From a virus (lineage: Duplodnaviria; Caudoviricetes), in the IMG/VR virus record IMGVR_UViG_3300048861_000128, positions 1-43,657 of that record: 43,657 bases of DNA. One strand, 5' to 3'. A program made the position numbers and the translations under genes. The first letter of the stretch is position 1; the number at the start of each line of letters is the position of its first letter. This document shows positions 27,266 through 36,268 of this stretch, in pieces. The notes beneath the pieces were generated by a model. The model did no database searches. It was not told the origin of the DNA and saw nothing but the letters and a program-made list of their open reading frames with translations.

Positions 27266-27619
27266 ATGGCGACTGCCGAGGACAGAGCGATCGAGGCGAT
27301 CATGGACAGGTTCGGCGTGATCGAGAAGTCGCTGTTGGACGGCCGGGCCGACGCGGAACTGGATAGGTTGCTGGTGGATCTGGCAGCGTTGGAAGGGTCC
27401 GTGACGTCAGAAGGGCGCGCCAGGATCGAGCGCTTCAAGACATCGTTTCAGAGGGCGATCGGCGTCGAGATGGACAAGGTCGCCAACCGACCAGGAACGC
27501 CATCGCGGGACCATGTCAGGCTGTTGCTGGGCCTGGTGAAGGTTCTGTACGACCACGAGATCATCGACAAGGCGAGCCGCGACACCCTCAACTATGATCT
27601 GCATTGCCTGGTGCTGTAG
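27266..27619 (+). CDS. Opposite-strand accessory hypothetical protein
   Basis: GAGG RBS; 117 aa, helical; lies between the activator and the lysin. Confidence 0.65.
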   Translation: MATAEDRAIEAIMDRFGVIEKSLLDGRADAELDRLLVDLAALEGSVTSEGRARIERFKTSFQRAIGVEMDKVANRPGTPSRDHVRLLLGLVKVLYDHEIIDKASRDTLNYDLHCLVL

Positions 27620-28133
27620 AGGGCAGGTCGAATAGGACCATCTGACGCCCATCCTCATTCGCCGGGCGAGGCTGCCGATGCCTATGACCGCACACTGGAC
27701 AAGCCGGGGGGGCCACACCAGGCCTTCCATCCTCGACCTCGACCTCGGCCCCGGCCTCCCCCTTCGGCACGCCCTGGACCAGTTGCTCCGCCCGGCTGAT
27801 CGAGATACCGAGTTCCGCGGCGATCAGGCGAACACTCGTCCCTTTCAAGCGCAGCTGCACCGCATCGTATTTCCGGAGCTGCGCCTTGGCGGACGGGATC
27901 TCGATCATATCGCCGCCGAGCTGATTGCAGACCAGACGACCAGCAGTCCAGCCAAGCACCCGGATCAGCGGGTGCCGGCGCTTCGGGTCGGTCGAGGTGT
28001 AGAATTTCTTCCCGCCCAACTCGCGGGCCACGGCGATCGCAGCCTCGACCGTGGTCAGGCGGGCGATCTCGGCCAGGATGCCGGGCAGCGCGGCGGCGGT
28101 GATGCGGTATGGCTCGCTCGCCCTGGCGCTCAT
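27588..28133 (-). CDS. mor: Mor/C-family late transcription activator
   Basis: LPGILAEIA...LGG...LGGDMIEIP plus C-terminal HTH (SVRLIAAELGIS); last gene before the lysis cassette. Confidence 0.75.
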   Translation of the reverse strand: MSARASEPYRITAAALPGILAEIARLTTVEAAIAVARELGGKKFYTSTDPKRRHPLIRVLGWTAGRLVCNQLGGDMIEIPSAKAQLRKYDAVQLRLKGTSVRLIAAELGISISRAEQLVQGVPKGEAGAEVEVEDGRPGVAPPACPVCGHRHRQPRPANEDGRQMVLFDLPSTAPGNADHS

Positions 28134-28774
28134 TCGTCGCCATCCCATGGGTACGGCTCGGGCTGCTGGTCGCGTGGGATGCGGTGCAGGCCACGGGCCA
28201 GCGGATGCTTGGGATGGCCGGTGGCGCTGATCCCCAGGCAGTGCAAGCCGGCGGAGCCCATCGCCTCCCGGACCGCGGCTTCAATACCTCGGATATGCAC
28301 CCGATCGTAGACACCGCTGCCCCAGGCGGCCACCACCAGGTCGGCGCCGGCGACCTGGTCGAGGATCACCTGGCGGTTGCGGTGGAGGGCATGGGTCGCC
28401 GCGGCCGCCAGGTCATCCTCGCCTCGGGACATCTTGGCCCACCGCAGGCATGCTGCGGGGGAAGGCGTCCGGATCGGGTAGAGGTTGACCACCACCAGGC
28501 CGGAATAGCCCCAGGCCCGGGTGAAGTGGACCACCTGGTGGAGGGTCGGATCATTCTTGGCCGCATCGGCCGTGCTGGGGTTGAGCATGATCCAGGCGAC
28601 GCAGGGGCCGGCCCGCCACCAGCGCCGCAGCCACCAGCGATACTGGCCACAGGCGGAGATCTCGGCAGCACCATGGATCTCGACCGGCGCCTTCAGCGCC
28701 GGCACGACAGGCGCCCGCGGGAACATGAACAGCTGCTGCGGCGCCGGCCGCGGCGAGGCGATGCCCTTCATCAT
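28130..28774 (-). CDS. DUF1643 family protein
   Basis: YRWWLRR.W, IMLNPSTAD...DPT, VVNLY, VAAWG, GHPKHPL. Confidence 0.88.
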   Translation of the reverse strand: MMKGIASPRPAPQQLFMFPRAPVVPALKAPVEIHGAAEISACGQYRWWLRRWWRAGPCVAWIMLNPSTADAAKNDPTLHQVVHFTRAWGYSGLVVVNLYPIRTPSPAACLRWAKMSRGEDDLAAAATHALHRNRQVILDQVAGADLVVAAWGSGVYDRVHIRGIEAAVREAMGSAGLHCLGISATGHPKHPLARGLHRIPRDQQPEPYPWDGDE

Positions 28775-29124
28775 GCAGGCGCCCTCCGGTTGTCTTCCGC
28801 CGGCGTGGTCCTGGCGCGGTGCGGCCAGGTCGACAGACGACCAGCGCTGGACAGGGCCTGATAGGCGACCAGGTCCAACACCTCGACGGTGAAGGGGCGG
28901 CCGTCCAGCGGCGGCACGATCGAGAATTCGTTGCGCATCAGTATCGTGCAGGGCTCTGGCAGCTCGCCTGCCAGCGGCCGGTTCACCACCACGCCGGTGC
29001 GGGCCGAGACGTAGTCGCCGACCCGGTACTGCACCACGTCCGGCCAGCCGATCCGGCCGTCCGGCGCCGACTCCTCGCGCGGCGTCACCGGCTTGATGCG
29101 CGCGGGATGGAGATCGTCAGCCAT
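28771..29124 (-). CDS. Hypothetical protein
   Basis: Overlap-coupled with neighbours in the early operon. Confidence 0.55.
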   Translation of the reverse strand: MADDLHPARIKPVTPREESAPDGRIGWPDVVQYRVGDYVSARTGVVVNRPLAGELPEPCTILMRNEFSIVPPLDGRPFTVEVLDLVAYQALSSAGRLSTWPHRARTTPAEDNRRAPA

Positions 29125-29527
29125 GGACGGCCTCCCGACGCAGAACGTCGCGATGATTCTTCACATCGACCGGCTCGGCGGCGGCATCCAGCTCCGCCAT
29201 GATGATGTCCCTGGCCGTGTCGTAGCCCGCGACCATGCCCTCGCTGAAGCCGCGCGCCTTGCCGCGCCGATAGCTGGCGTCCAGCTGCTGCCGGCCCTGA
29301 CTAGCGAAAATGGACATGCGGGCCGCGCGGCGGGCCTCGTCCGCCGCGCCGGCCGAAGCCGTGCCAGACGCGGTGCGGACGCGCGCCTCCCAGTAGAACA
29401 GGCGCTCCCAGGGCTCGGTCGGCTCGGCCGCCTCGGCCGATACCAGCGCCTGCGCCACCCGCGCCACGGTGCCGAATGGCAATTCCAGGCCCAGCGCGAT
29501 GCGCTCGATCGTCTTCTCGTCGATCAC
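29117..29527 (-). CDS. Hypothetical protein
   Basis: GTG start overlaps the upstream stop. Confidence 0.55.
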   Translation of the reverse strand: MIDEKTIERIALGLELPFGTVARVAQALVSAEAAEPTEPWERLFYWEARVRTASGTASAGAADEARRAARMSIFASQGRQQLDASYRRGKARGFSEGMVAGYDTARDIIMAELDAAAEPVDVKNHRDVLRREAVHG

Positions 29528-29769
29528 GTCGATGCTCCCTTGATCCGTTCGATTTCTTCGCGGCCGGCGGCGGTCCAGCTGATGCGGATCAGTTTGTCGC
29601 CGCGGGCCTTGTCCGGAACGATGATCAGCAGGCGGCGCTTCGCCAGTTGCTTCAGCAGGTCCCAATACCAGTAGCGTTCCGGATGCAGGATCCCGGTCGA
29701 CCGCTCGGTCAGCGGGTCGATGACGGCGATCTTCTCCGGCGTCAGCAGGCTCTCCAGCGGCTGCGTCAT
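29524..29769 (-). CDS. Hypothetical protein
   Basis: ATGA coupling; possible winged helix. Confidence 0.55.
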   Translation of the reverse strand: MTQPLESLLTPEKIAVIDPLTERSTGILHPERYWYWDLLKQLAKRRLLIIVPDKARGDKLIRISWTAAGREEIERIKGAST

Positions 29770-29933
29770 CGCCCTTCCTCAGGCTGGGCTTCCTCGCGCC
29801 GGCTCTCTCCCGCGCTGCAGCGCGCACAAGGCCGCGGGTGTCCGGGCGGGGTGTCGAGCAGGACGTCGCCGCATCGCTGGCACAGCCTGCCGATCTTCCG
29901 CATTTCCCTGGGGTCCGTTCTCTGCATGACCAT
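29766..29933 (-). CDS. Small CxxC-CxxC zinc-finger protein
   Basis: LCQRCGD...PCARC; TGATG coupling. Confidence 0.5.
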   Translation of the reverse strand: MVMQRTDPREMRKIGRLCQRCGDVLLDTPPGHPRPCARCSAGESRREEAQPEEGR

Positions 29934-30439
29934 CACCACGCTTCCATGTCGTTTTCGCTCGCCAAGCCGAAGCCCATGGCGGTGATGCGGCCACCTTCGA
30001 CGGTGCTGATCACCGCCAACTGGCCCGTGGCCACCAGGCGATCGGCCTCGCCCCACTGCATTGGGTCGATGAAGGCGCCGGCCCACCAGCGGCGGTGCCA
30101 CCAGCGATCTGCCAGGCCGCCATGCTTGTGGCCGCGGATCTGAATTTCCTCGCGCAGCAGACCCCAGAGCAGGGCCGCGTCATCGGGGTCGAGCAGCGTC
30201 GCCTGGGGGCCGGACAGTGCCGCCGCCGCCCGGTTCGCGATGGCCACCACGGCCACGCAGACGTGCCCGACACCGCCGATGTGCAGTTCCCCGACAGCGA
30301 CCAGTCCGGCGCGCGCCAGGCGTGCAACCCGGCTCGCCGGCACCTGCGTCACCGCCTCGCCCAGAGACCAGGCGTAGTTGGTCGGCGGGCCGTTCCGAAG
30401 GCACCGCAGGATCGCAGCCTCGCGTTCGGCGCGGTTCAT
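29933..30439 (-). CDS. Hypothetical protein
   Basis: ATGA coupling; GGAGG RBS. Confidence 0.55.
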   Translation of the reverse strand: MNRAEREAAILRCLRNGPPTNYAWSLGEAVTQVPASRVARLARAGLVAVGELHIGGVGHVCVAVVAIANRAAAALSGPQATLLDPDDAALLWGLLREEIQIRGHKHGGLADRWWHRRWWAGAFIDPMQWGEADRLVATGQLAVISTVEGGRITAMGFGLASENDMEAW

Positions 30440-30672
30440 GCCAGGCCTCCCGCCGCCTCGATCGCGATGCGCTTGCAGCGCGCCCACAGCAGATCGTCGA
30501 GTGCGTCGCGGTGCCGGCGCTTCGCCAGGCTGCGCAGCCGCTTCAGGCGCCGCGGGACCAGCGCCCAATGTCGGGAGCACAGCCATTCCATGCCGGGCAC
30601 GATTGGGCAGCCCTTCCGGTCGCCGCGGGTGCTGCGGCAGAACGGGACGCAGCAGGGAAGCCGGCCGGTCAT
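30436..30672 (-). CDS. Small Cys/His-rich hypothetical phage protein
   Basis: CCVPFC...WLCSRHWALVP...AIEAA. Confidence 0.65.
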   Translation of the reverse strand: MTGRLPCCVPFCRSTRGDRKGCPIVPGMEWLCSRHWALVPRRLKRLRSLAKRRHRDALDDLLWARCKRIAIEAAGGLA

Positions 30673-31145
30673 GACGTGGATGCTCCGGCCTGTGAGATCC
30701 GGGCAATCCAGGCCTTCAGCGCCTCGATCACCGGGCGGGCCTGGTTGGGGTCGGACAGGAAGCGGGCGCTGGACACGGCATCGCCGGTCTGGCGGCGGAC
30801 GAAGGCGTCCAGGGCGGCGTCGGACGGGTCGGCCGTGCCGCCCAGCTGGTGCAGCTCGATCCACAGCGCCCGGGCCATGCGGGCCTGGGCGGCGCCGTAG
30901 CGGGCGGCGTGGCGCACCGGCTTCTTGCCGAACGCTCCCAGCCTGGCCAGGTGGTCGAGCACCAGGCGCCGGCCGTGGTCGGTCAGGTCCGCCGCCGACC
31001 GGTGGCCGCCGACCCGCTGCAGCATGTCGCGATAGCTGTCCTCGGCCAGCGCCAACGCCACCTTGCCGATGTGGATCTTGGCCAGCTCCTGCCGGCGCCG
31101 ATCGGCGGCCTGGCCGCCGCCTGCTAGGGCGAGACGGGCGGTCAT
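30669..31145 (-). CDS. gemA: GemA/DUF1018 (Mu gp16) regulatory protein
   Basis: LAKIHIGKVALAL.EDSYRDML, ARALW, ALDAFVRRQ, VIEALKAW. Confidence 0.88.
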   Translation of the reverse strand: MTARLALAGGGQAADRRRQELAKIHIGKVALALAEDSYRDMLQRVGGHRSAADLTDHGRRLVLDHLARLGAFGKKPVRHAARYGAAQARMARALWIELHQLGGTADPSDAALDAFVRRQTGDAVSSARFLSDPNQARPVIEALKAWIARISQAGASTS

Positions 31146-31864
31146 GGCAGCAGACCTGCGACCGGTGCCGTCGTGGTGCCGACGCCCGCCTCGACCACCA
31201 TGGCGTCGCCGGCGCGCATCCCGGCCCACCTGGCTTGGTCATAGCGGCCGCCGGCACGTCCGATCGGCCGCTGTTCCTTCAGCGGCGTGTCCTGCCCGAC
31301 GACTGCGTACAGCTGCTCTCGTTGCCTGACCAAGCCCTTTACGAATTCGGCCTGGTCGCCGCCATGCCGACGCCACAACCCCACCCACAGGCGGTTCATG
31401 ATGCGCAGGGCGACACCCTCCTCGAACGCCCGCAGGGCGGCGGCCCGGGTCCGCGCCAACCGCCGCCGCCGATAGTCGGACGAGGCGCGGAATGCGGATC
31501 GGGCGTCATCCACGGCCCTGGCGATGACGTCGTGGACATATTCGGCGACCATGACGTCGGCCTCGCGGCCGAAATAGACGATGTGCCGCTTGCCGACGCG
31601 TCGTGCTTCAGACCAGCGGACGCAGCGGGCGAAATCCGCCACCGCACCCCAGATCTCGTCGATCGGCGAGCGCTGCTTCCGGACCTGAGCCCGGTGGTCC
31701 GTCATCGCCATGGCGTCAAGATCGGCTTCGCTCAGGCCGTGCTTGGCCAGGATCTCCGCCATCTTGTCGGCGGCCGTGGCGGCCTCCGCTTCGGTGCAGC
31801 CATTCTCGACCGTCATCCGCCGCAGGGCTTCAAGCTTGCTTCGAAGGGCCTTCAAATCGGTCAT
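31142..31864 (-). CDS. DUF2786 domain protein
   Basis: KLEALRRMTVENGCTEAEAATAADKMAEILAKHGLS. Confidence 0.82.
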   Translation of the reverse strand: MTDLKALRSKLEALRRMTVENGCTEAEAATAADKMAEILAKHGLSEADLDAMAMTDHRAQVRKQRSPIDEIWGAVADFARCVRWSEARRVGKRHIVYFGREADVMVAEYVHDVIARAVDDARSAFRASSDYRRRRLARTRAAALRAFEEGVALRIMNRLWVGLWRRHGGDQAEFVKGLVRQREQLYAVVGQDTPLKEQRPIGRAGGRYDQARWAGMRAGDAMVVEAGVGTTTAPVAGLLP

Positions 31865-32211
31865 TTCGGGTCTTCCTCCGTCTCTGTCCGTCCAAACGCC
31901 AGAGCGCGCGTCCACTCCGCATGGGCTCGCTCCGTGGCGTCGAAGGCGCGGTCGGCGGCAGCCGATGCGGTGTGGTATTCGGCCCTGAGCCGCTGGCTCG
32001 AAGAGCGAGCCTTCCAGGCTTCGTAAGCCCGGTTCGCATCGGCACGTGCAGCCTCCCAGACACCCCTCAGGCGGCTTGTCCGGTGGTCCAGGGCGTCGAG
32101 CGCACCCCTCACAACGTCGCGATCGGCGGCAAACGGCAGCAGCGTCCGGATAGCGATCAGCAGCTCGTCCTTGGTCAATCGGGCGAGCAACGCGAGCTGG
32201 GCGTCGGTCAT
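31861..32211 (-). CDS. Hypothetical helical protein
   Basis: ATGA coupling on both sides. Confidence 0.55.
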   Translation of the reverse strand: MTDAQLALLARLTKDELLIAIRTLLPFAADRDVVRGALDALDHRTSRLRGVWEAARADANRAYEAWKARSSSQRLRAEYHTASAAADRAFDATERAHAEWTRALAFGRTETEEDPK

Positions 32212-32591
32212 GCCGACTCACTCTCGCCGCCGGCGAGACGCCGCAGCGCATCCTCATGGACCAGCAGATGGCCGCTGGGCACCGAGGCGGCCGGGGTCGC
32301 GACGGGCACCATCGGCCCGAGGGACCGGACCGAGCGGTTGAACATCGCGGCGACGTCCACCCGGTCGATCCCGGCCGCTTCAAGCGCCTGGATCAGGCCC
32401 TCGACCAACAGCTCGGCCTCGTTGCGGCCGATCCGGGGCGCAGTGGCCTTGGTCTGCGCCCCCATGACGGCGGCGGCGGTCAGCAGCGCCCAGTCCCGCA
32501 CCAGCGTGCGGTTGTGGCGCGACAGGCCGGGCATCCGCTGGTAGAGGCCGGCGAAGCGCCAGATGTCCAGGGAGACTTCGATCGCGTTCAT
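32208..32591 (-). CDS. Hypothetical protein
   Basis: AGGAG RBS; in-operon position. Confidence 0.55.
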   Translation of the reverse strand: MNAIEVSLDIWRFAGLYQRMPGLSRHNRTLVRDWALLTAAAVMGAQTKATAPRIGRNEAELLVEGLIQALEAAGIDRVDVAAMFNRSVRSLGPMVPVATPAASVPSGHLLVHEDALRRLAGGESESA

Positions 32592-32603
32592 GGCGTCCCA
32601 CTC

Positions 32604-32900
32604 CTATTGGCCGACGCTGCCGGCCAGGTCGGCCGACATGACGAATTGCGGTGTCGTAAAGTCCGGCATGGGCACGCGCCGCCAGATGACCAGGCCGCGC
32701 ATCTGCCGCGGGCGGTGGTCGAGGTAGCCGCGCTCCATCAGGCCCTGGACCAGGCGGTGGACGCCGCCGATCGATTTCAGGTCCATCTCCCGGGCGATCT
32801 CCCGGAAGCTCGGACAGACGCCCGTTTCGTCCATCAGCTCCTGGATCACCTGCATGCAGGCGAGTTGCCGGGGCATCAGCCCCACCACGCGCTCAGGCAT
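32604..32900 (-). CDS. LexA-type DNA-binding domain protein without peptidase domain
   Basis: LMPRQ...GVCPSFREIAREMDLKSIGGVHRLVQGLMERGYL...R. Confidence 0.82.
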   Translation of the reverse strand: MPERVVGLMPRQLACMQVIQELMDETGVCPSFREIAREMDLKSIGGVHRLVQGLMERGYLDHRPRQMRGLVIWRRVPMPDFTTPQFVMSADLAGSVGQ

Positions 32901-34086
32901 TCGGCCCTCCCACGCTGAAGGGCTTCATGCCGAGCTGGTCCCGCAGCGTGTTGGCGCGCTGCAGCAGCCAGGCCGCATCCCGTCGCTGGCCGTCGACCGT
33001 GAATTTCTCGGGGCCGCCGGTGATGCCGAAGTCGCGCCGCCGCAGGAAGGTGGCGACGCCCTCGATGCTGACGAACTCCACCGGCAGCGCCGGCGCCACC
33101 TTGTCGATACTCAGCACCGACATCGGCGCCGGCGACACGGGCAGCAGCGGCGGTTCCGGCCGGTGGCGGGGGATACGAACAGGCCGAGCCTGCGCCACTG
33201 GGGCGGTTGCAGGGTCCGGCCTGGGCGCCACGGCCGGCCGCTCGACGACCGCCGGCTCTGCCGCAGCGGGCGGGGCCGCCTCGTCGGCCACGAAATACCG
33301 CCGTGCCGCGCCGTCGCCTTCGACCCGCAGTCTCCTGGCATGGAGCAGGTCGCGCATCCGCCAACTCGCCAGATCGGGGTTGATGCCCATTTCCAGGGCG
33401 ACCAGACCAGGCTTGGCGCCAGTATCGCGGGCGGCGACGTGACGAACCGCGGCCAGCGTGCTCTCGATCCACTCGCCACCACTGGGCTACGCAGCCGGCG
33501 GCATAGGCGCACCGTCGACCAGCCGATAGCGGGCAGTGGCCCGATCTCCGGTCAGAACGGCCAGGCCAACCTTCGCCAGCCTCCTCAGCGATCGGCTTGC
33601 CGCGCCCTTATCGACATCCAGTTCCGCCGCTACGGTGGAGACTCTGATTTCTTCGCCCCGCGCCGCGATCGAGCGGGCGGCGATCAGGGCTCTGCCAAGC
33701 CAGTCCGCCGGGTCGGAGACCGGTAAGATCGGGGTCGCCAGCTCCGGCGCCGGCGGCTCTGGGTCTTCGACCGGCAGGAAGGGCCGGCCAGCGGCGCCGC
33801 CAATCGTTCCGAACCGAAGTTCGTCGGCGACCGGGGCGGGGCTGACAGTCGCGTCAACCGGCACGTCCTCTTCCTGCGTAGGCGCGCCGGGCGCGACCTC
33901 CTCGACAATCGGCTCTGGCGTCGGTGTCGGCGCAGGAAGGGACAGCATCGGCGGCGGGGTTTCAGCCTCGCCATCCCCGCGCAGCCAGGCTTCTGCCGCC
34001 TGGGCGGCCGCCAGGGCCGCCGAGAGGCCTTCGTGATCCGAAAGAGCGGCAATCAACAGCCGCGGCCGCAGGCCGGGCTCAGCCAT
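32893..34086 (-). pseudogene. Tandem winged-helix protein split by an in-frame TAG (33487-33489)
   Basis: ORFs 33487..34086 and 32893..33390 share one frame with 33391-33486 open; the second wHTH repeat begins before its first ATG. Confidence 0.65.
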
Positions 34087-34480
34087 GGTGATCCTCCGCA
34101 GCTTCAGCAGGTGACGCCGCATCGGCGCAGGCGGTGCAAAGGCCCGGCTCCGCCCAACCGCAGCCGCTCGGGCAAGGGTCGAAATGGCTGCAGTGGCAGA
34201 CCCGGCAGAAATCGCCGAGCATCGACGGCACCGGGATCTGCTGGAATGCTGCCAAAGTCCCTTGCAGGGCGAGGATGGCGGCGGCGGTCATCCGGCTGCA
34301 CACCACATCCTCGGCGGCGATATAGACTCTGGCTGCTTCGGGGTCCTCCGTGGCGGCCTGACCCGCCAAGGCCACGGCCAGCTCCAGTGCCGCGGCGCCG
34401 ATCTGCGCCCGTTGGTCCTGCGTAAGGACGCTCCAGGCGCCCTCTCCGTAGAAGCGGCCGATCTCGATTGCGGCGCCCAT
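34079..34480 (-). CDS. Hypothetical protein with C-terminal Cys cluster
   Basis: CRVCHCSHFDPCPSGCGWAEPGLCTAC. Confidence 0.65.
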   Translation of the reverse strand: MGAAIEIGRFYGEGAWSVLTQDQRAQIGAAALELAVALAGQAATEDPEAARVYIAAEDVVCSRMTAAAILALQGTLAAFQQIPVPSMLGDFCRVCHCSHFDPCPSGCGWAEPGLCTACADAASPAEAAEDHHG

Positions 34481-35097
34481 CACGCCACCGCCAGGTCGAT
34501 GGGGACATTGATCCAGCGATCCTCGGGGCTCGCCCGGCGATAGAACCGGATGTAGGTCTTCGACCCTTCGATCCGGATGCTGTCGCCGATCGCCGCCATG
34601 GCCTGCAGCCAGCGCTCATCGTCGATCGCCACCCGGCGCAGCGCGAAGATCGCCTCGCGCGACACCTGGCCTTCCTTGTCGGTCTGGAAGGCGTGCTGAA
34701 CCAGCACCTGGATATGATCGTTGGCGCCGGCGGCCCATTCGGCGATGCATTCGTCCACCAGGGACTTTGCGACCTGCAGCTCGGGCCCGAAGGTCAGCCG
34801 GTCCGCCACCGCGACCTGGACCTTCGCCGTGCCGTTGTAGTTGGTGAAGGTGACGTTGCCCTTCGCCCCGCCCTTGGTGGCCTGGTACTCGGCGGCCAGC
34901 AGGGCCAGGAAGGCGCCGACATCGTCGAAGCAATGGGCCTTGAACCGGCCGATCTGGGCGGAAAGATTGTCGGCATAGCCCAGCATCTTGGCGACCAGCT
35001 GGTCTTCCAGCTTGTCGGTGGCCTTGACCAGGTGCTCCGGCACCAGGCGGCCCTTGGCGTCCTGCATGAAGCCGGCAGGGATCTCGGCGAGGGTCAT
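34480..35097 (-). CDS. DUF3164 family protein
   Basis: MQDAKGRLVP, GGAKGNVT, FGPELQVAKSLVDEC, SKTYIRFY. Confidence 0.9.
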   Translation of the reverse strand: MTLAEIPAGFMQDAKGRLVPEHLVKATDKLEDQLVAKMLGYADNLSAQIGRFKAHCFDDVGAFLALLAAEYQATKGGAKGNVTFTNYNGTAKVQVAVADRLTFGPELQVAKSLVDECIAEWAAGANDHIQVLVQHAFQTDKEGQVSREAIFALRRVAIDDERWLQAMAAIGDSIRIEGSKTYIRFYRRASPEDRWINVPIDLAVA

Positions 35098-35300
35098 GGC
35101 TTGCAAACTCCTATTGCGGCGCCCGCCAGCGGCAGGCCCCAGATGACGACGGAGAAGATCAGTGCGGCGGTCAGCAGCTCGGCCACGAACTTGCGGGTCA
35201 GGACCGTCACGTTGGCGAGGCGGTAGGCGTGCCAGGCGATGCCGGCGAGGAGGCCGGACAGCAGGGACAGCCAGGCGACGAGGATGACGATGCCTGTCAT
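35094..35300 (-). CDS. Small two-TM membrane protein
   Basis: Two hydrophobic helices; ATGA coupling. Confidence 0.5.
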   Translation of the reverse strand: MTGIVILVAWLSLLSGLLAGIAWHAYRLANVTVLTRKFVAELLTAALIFSVVIWGLPLAGAAIGVCKP

Positions 35301-35620
35301 GAGCGGCCCCCGCCGAGCACCTGGCGGGCCATCAGGTTGGCCTGTTCGTTCACCGCCAGGCGGATGGGCAGGCCCAGGAGCTGGCGCACGGCGACGTCGG
35401 CGGCCGGCGCCGTCGGCAGCTCCGCCCGCAGCATTCCATCCGCGTCGCGGACGAGAATGAACGGGACCAGCTTGCCGGCGCCGGTATCCAGCGAGACGGC
35501 GAAGACGAAGTCGTCGACCTGCCGCCACAGGGCAATGTTGCCGCGCAGGATCGGCCGGCCGGGAAACTCCAGCTCGACCTCCTGGCCGATCGTCAGGGGT
35601 GCGGAATAGGGCTGGGTCAT
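35297..35620 (-). CDS. Hypothetical protein
   Basis: ATGA coupling. Confidence 0.55.
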   Translation of the reverse strand: MTQPYSAPLTIGQEVELEFPGRPILRGNIALWRQVDDFVFAVSLDTGAGKLVPFILVRDADGMLRAELPTAPAADVAVRQLLGLPIRLAVNEQANLMARQVLGGGRS

Positions 35621-35889
35621 GCCGCCGGCCCCGTCGTGATGACCTGCCAAGGGCGCCGGCGCCGGCGCCGCACGGCGGCCAGGTCGACGACGCCGTCGGG
35701 CAGCTCGCCGCACAGGCGGGCCGTCGGCGGCATCGGTATCGCCTCGATAAAGCGCAACGCGGCGCGGATCACGGACAGCTGGTCCAGCACCACACGCGCA
35801 GCCTCGGGCTCCAGCACCAGGCGGCCGGTCTCCGGGTCCTGCCAATGGCGCAGGGCGGCCGCCATGTTGCGAACGTCATCACTCAACAT
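35617..35889 (-). CDS. Hypothetical protein
   Basis: GGAGG RBS; C-terminal GVVDL motif. Confidence 0.55.
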   Translation of the reverse strand: MLSDDVRNMAAALRHWQDPETGRLVLEPEAARVVLDQLSVIRAALRFIEAIPMPPTARLCGELPDGVVDLAAVRRRRRRPWQVITTGPAA

Positions 35890-36268
35890 CGTTCCCTCCG
35901 ATGCGGGAATGCGGGCAGCCGGAGCGGCAGGCGCGGTACAGCGCGACGTGCTGGCGGCTGGTGGTGCGCAGCGGCAGCTTCTGGTTGGCGACACACAGGT
36001 TCTTGCCGATCTCGCCCAGCACAGGGCAGTCGACGGTCAGGCCCATGTATTTGCCGCGCACCAGGGCCTCGATCCGCGTCAGGTCGCCCTGGCGGCCCTC
36101 CCGGCCGTACAGGCCGCGCCGCACCTGGCTGACCATGGTGGCGGACACGTGCAACTGGCGGGCGACCGAGGCTTGGCCGTCGCGGTCGCAGGCTTCGGCC
36201 AGGGCACGGGCCCAGTCGGGCGCGTCAGGCCACTCGGCGGCGAGCTGGCGGATGCAATCGTCAGCCAC
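35879..36268 (-). CDS. Mu-like HTH regulator with Cys-rich C-terminus
   Basis: QASVARQLHVSATMVSQV...VDCPVLGEI...C...ACRSGCPHS. Confidence 0.75.
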   Translation of the reverse strand: MADDCIRQLAAEWPDAPDWARALAEACDRDGQASVARQLHVSATMVSQVRRGLYGREGRQGDLTRIEALVRGKYMGLTVDCPVLGEIGKNLCVANQKLPLRTTSRQHVALYRACRSGCPHSRIGGNDVE

